A DNA stretch of 64,000 bases from Antechinus flavipes (Eukaryota). How positions within the stretch are numbered: the stretch's first letter is position 1; each line of letters opens with the position of its first letter. The notes beneath the pieces are model-generated. The model had not been told where the DNA came from. It was given only the letters and a program-made list of their open reading frames with translations, and did no database searches. A program made the translations under genes and the position numbers. The stretch is from positions 30,256,001 to 30,320,000 of the forward strand of contig NC_067401.1 in assembly GCF_016432865.1 (NCBI RefSeq), in the 5' to 3' direction. Positions 44,605-64,000 of the stretch are shown here, one piece after another.

Positions 44605-44740
44605 CAATTTTTCCCCCCAATTACACATAGTTTTCAACATTCACTTTTGTAAGATTTTGAGGTCCAAATTTTTTCCTTTCTTTCCTCCCTGTCCAAGACA
44701 CTAGGCATGTACAATCATGTTAAACACATATCTAAGTCCA
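44605..44740 (-). mobile_element. Marsupial-type L1 3' end
   Basis: caattacacatagttttcaacattcacttttgtaagattttgaggtccaaatt...catgtacaatcatgttaaaca. Confidence 0.7.
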
Positions 44741-45649
44741 TCACAATTTCTCCTGAAAGTTAGCAACCCCAAAACTGTGTGGTGCCGTGCTGTGCATAGA
44801 GATGCTTAATATTTTGCAAGGGAACAGAATTTGAAGAAGTTGGTGTGCATACCAGGATATTGGGCACCTGGTTCAATTCACACAGCTGGCCAGAATTAGA
44901 GCCTCCCAGCAGTAAATGAATCAAATGCAGCGTTTCCCATCTCTATTTTAATATTCTGAATGAGTCATGGCTTCATGAGTGTATGCAGACCACAATCCCT
45001 CCTTGCTGTCTTATCCTCTGTCCATGTTTTACGCTAAGTACTCCACAACTGATTAACAAATCCATCCTGCATGTTTTCCTAAGCAACTAGGAGACAGAAG
45101 ATCCCAGTGCAAATCTAGATGACTGTGATCTTAGGTAAGGGATTTAACCTTTGTTTTTTTGTTTTGTTTTTTGCAAAACGTTTTCGTTTTTGCAAAATAG
45201 CACCCACCCCTCCCCAAGAGTGAGGTCAAATGAACTTGAATAACTCTCAAACCTTAAAGCTCTAGATAAATTATCTTGTGTTTTTGTTTTTTTGTGGGGC
45301 TTTTTTTTTTTTTTTGTATCTGGAAAATTACAGGGGTATCCATTGGGCTCTCTGGTGCATCTCCATTTACTTAATTAGGATCTCTCAGTCCTAGGGCAAG
45401 TTCCCTCCTCCTGCAGAGGATTGGAAGCCGCAGATCCTATGCAGCTTCAGGAGAGAGCTGCCCTCCCGAGGTCCTTCAGCACCGGGCCAAGGGCGTCCCT
45501 TCCCCTTATTTTCCCAGCCCTTCTTAGCCCCGGTCACTCAGGACTCACTTAGGGGCCCCCGAGTTGCTCGACTCCCTGCTGGGTAACGAGCTCGCCCTTG
45601 CACTGGGTTGCTTAGACTCCATTTAGGGAACGAAATACTGGGTCCCAGT

Positions 45650-63733
<18,084 letters not shown>

Positions 63734-64000
63734 TGATCCCTCTGCCTAGAAGTTATGTTTCCTTCTGATTTAAGGTTTTATGTTGAACCACTTGAAAATA
63801 CATTCTCAGTCCTGAGAGCTAATGTCCAAGATCATAATTCATCCAGGAAAGAGAGACCTCTTGGTCTTCTCTCTACATCCTTCCTCTTCACCCAAGCAGA
63901 TTTCATTTTCAGTTGTGCTGTTTTGTGTCCTTGAATTTAGGATGTTTGAGCAACCTCTAGCCCCCATTGGGAATCCCAGGCCCCCACGTGACCTGCTTTC

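Overview
This is vertebrate genomic DNA, most likely marsupial, judged from MAR1-type RTE-tailed core SINEs and marsupial-type L1 3' ends. It has four protein-coding genes in the order known from human 17q11.2, here inverted. (1) PROCA1 orthologue, + strand, 4 exons, 308 aa. (2) SUPT6H, - strand, 36 coding exons, 1726 aa, plus a non-coding first exon. (3) SDF2, + strand, 3 exons, 219 aa, head-to-head with SUPT6H. (4) BLTP2/KIAA0100, + strand, first 23 exons, running off the window end. Exons were traced by hand with GT-AG boundaries and reading-frame continuity. Most ORFs in the supplied track are GC-rich shadow ORFs. The standout observation is that this PROCA1 orthologue looks like a catalytically intact secreted group III phospholipase A2: signal peptide, RAKR furin site, Ca2+ loop, His-Asp dyad, second Asp and 10 Cys. 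Human PROCA1, as I recall it, has lost these features. Repeat family names and cross-species comparisons come from remembered consensus/protein sequences, not from searches.
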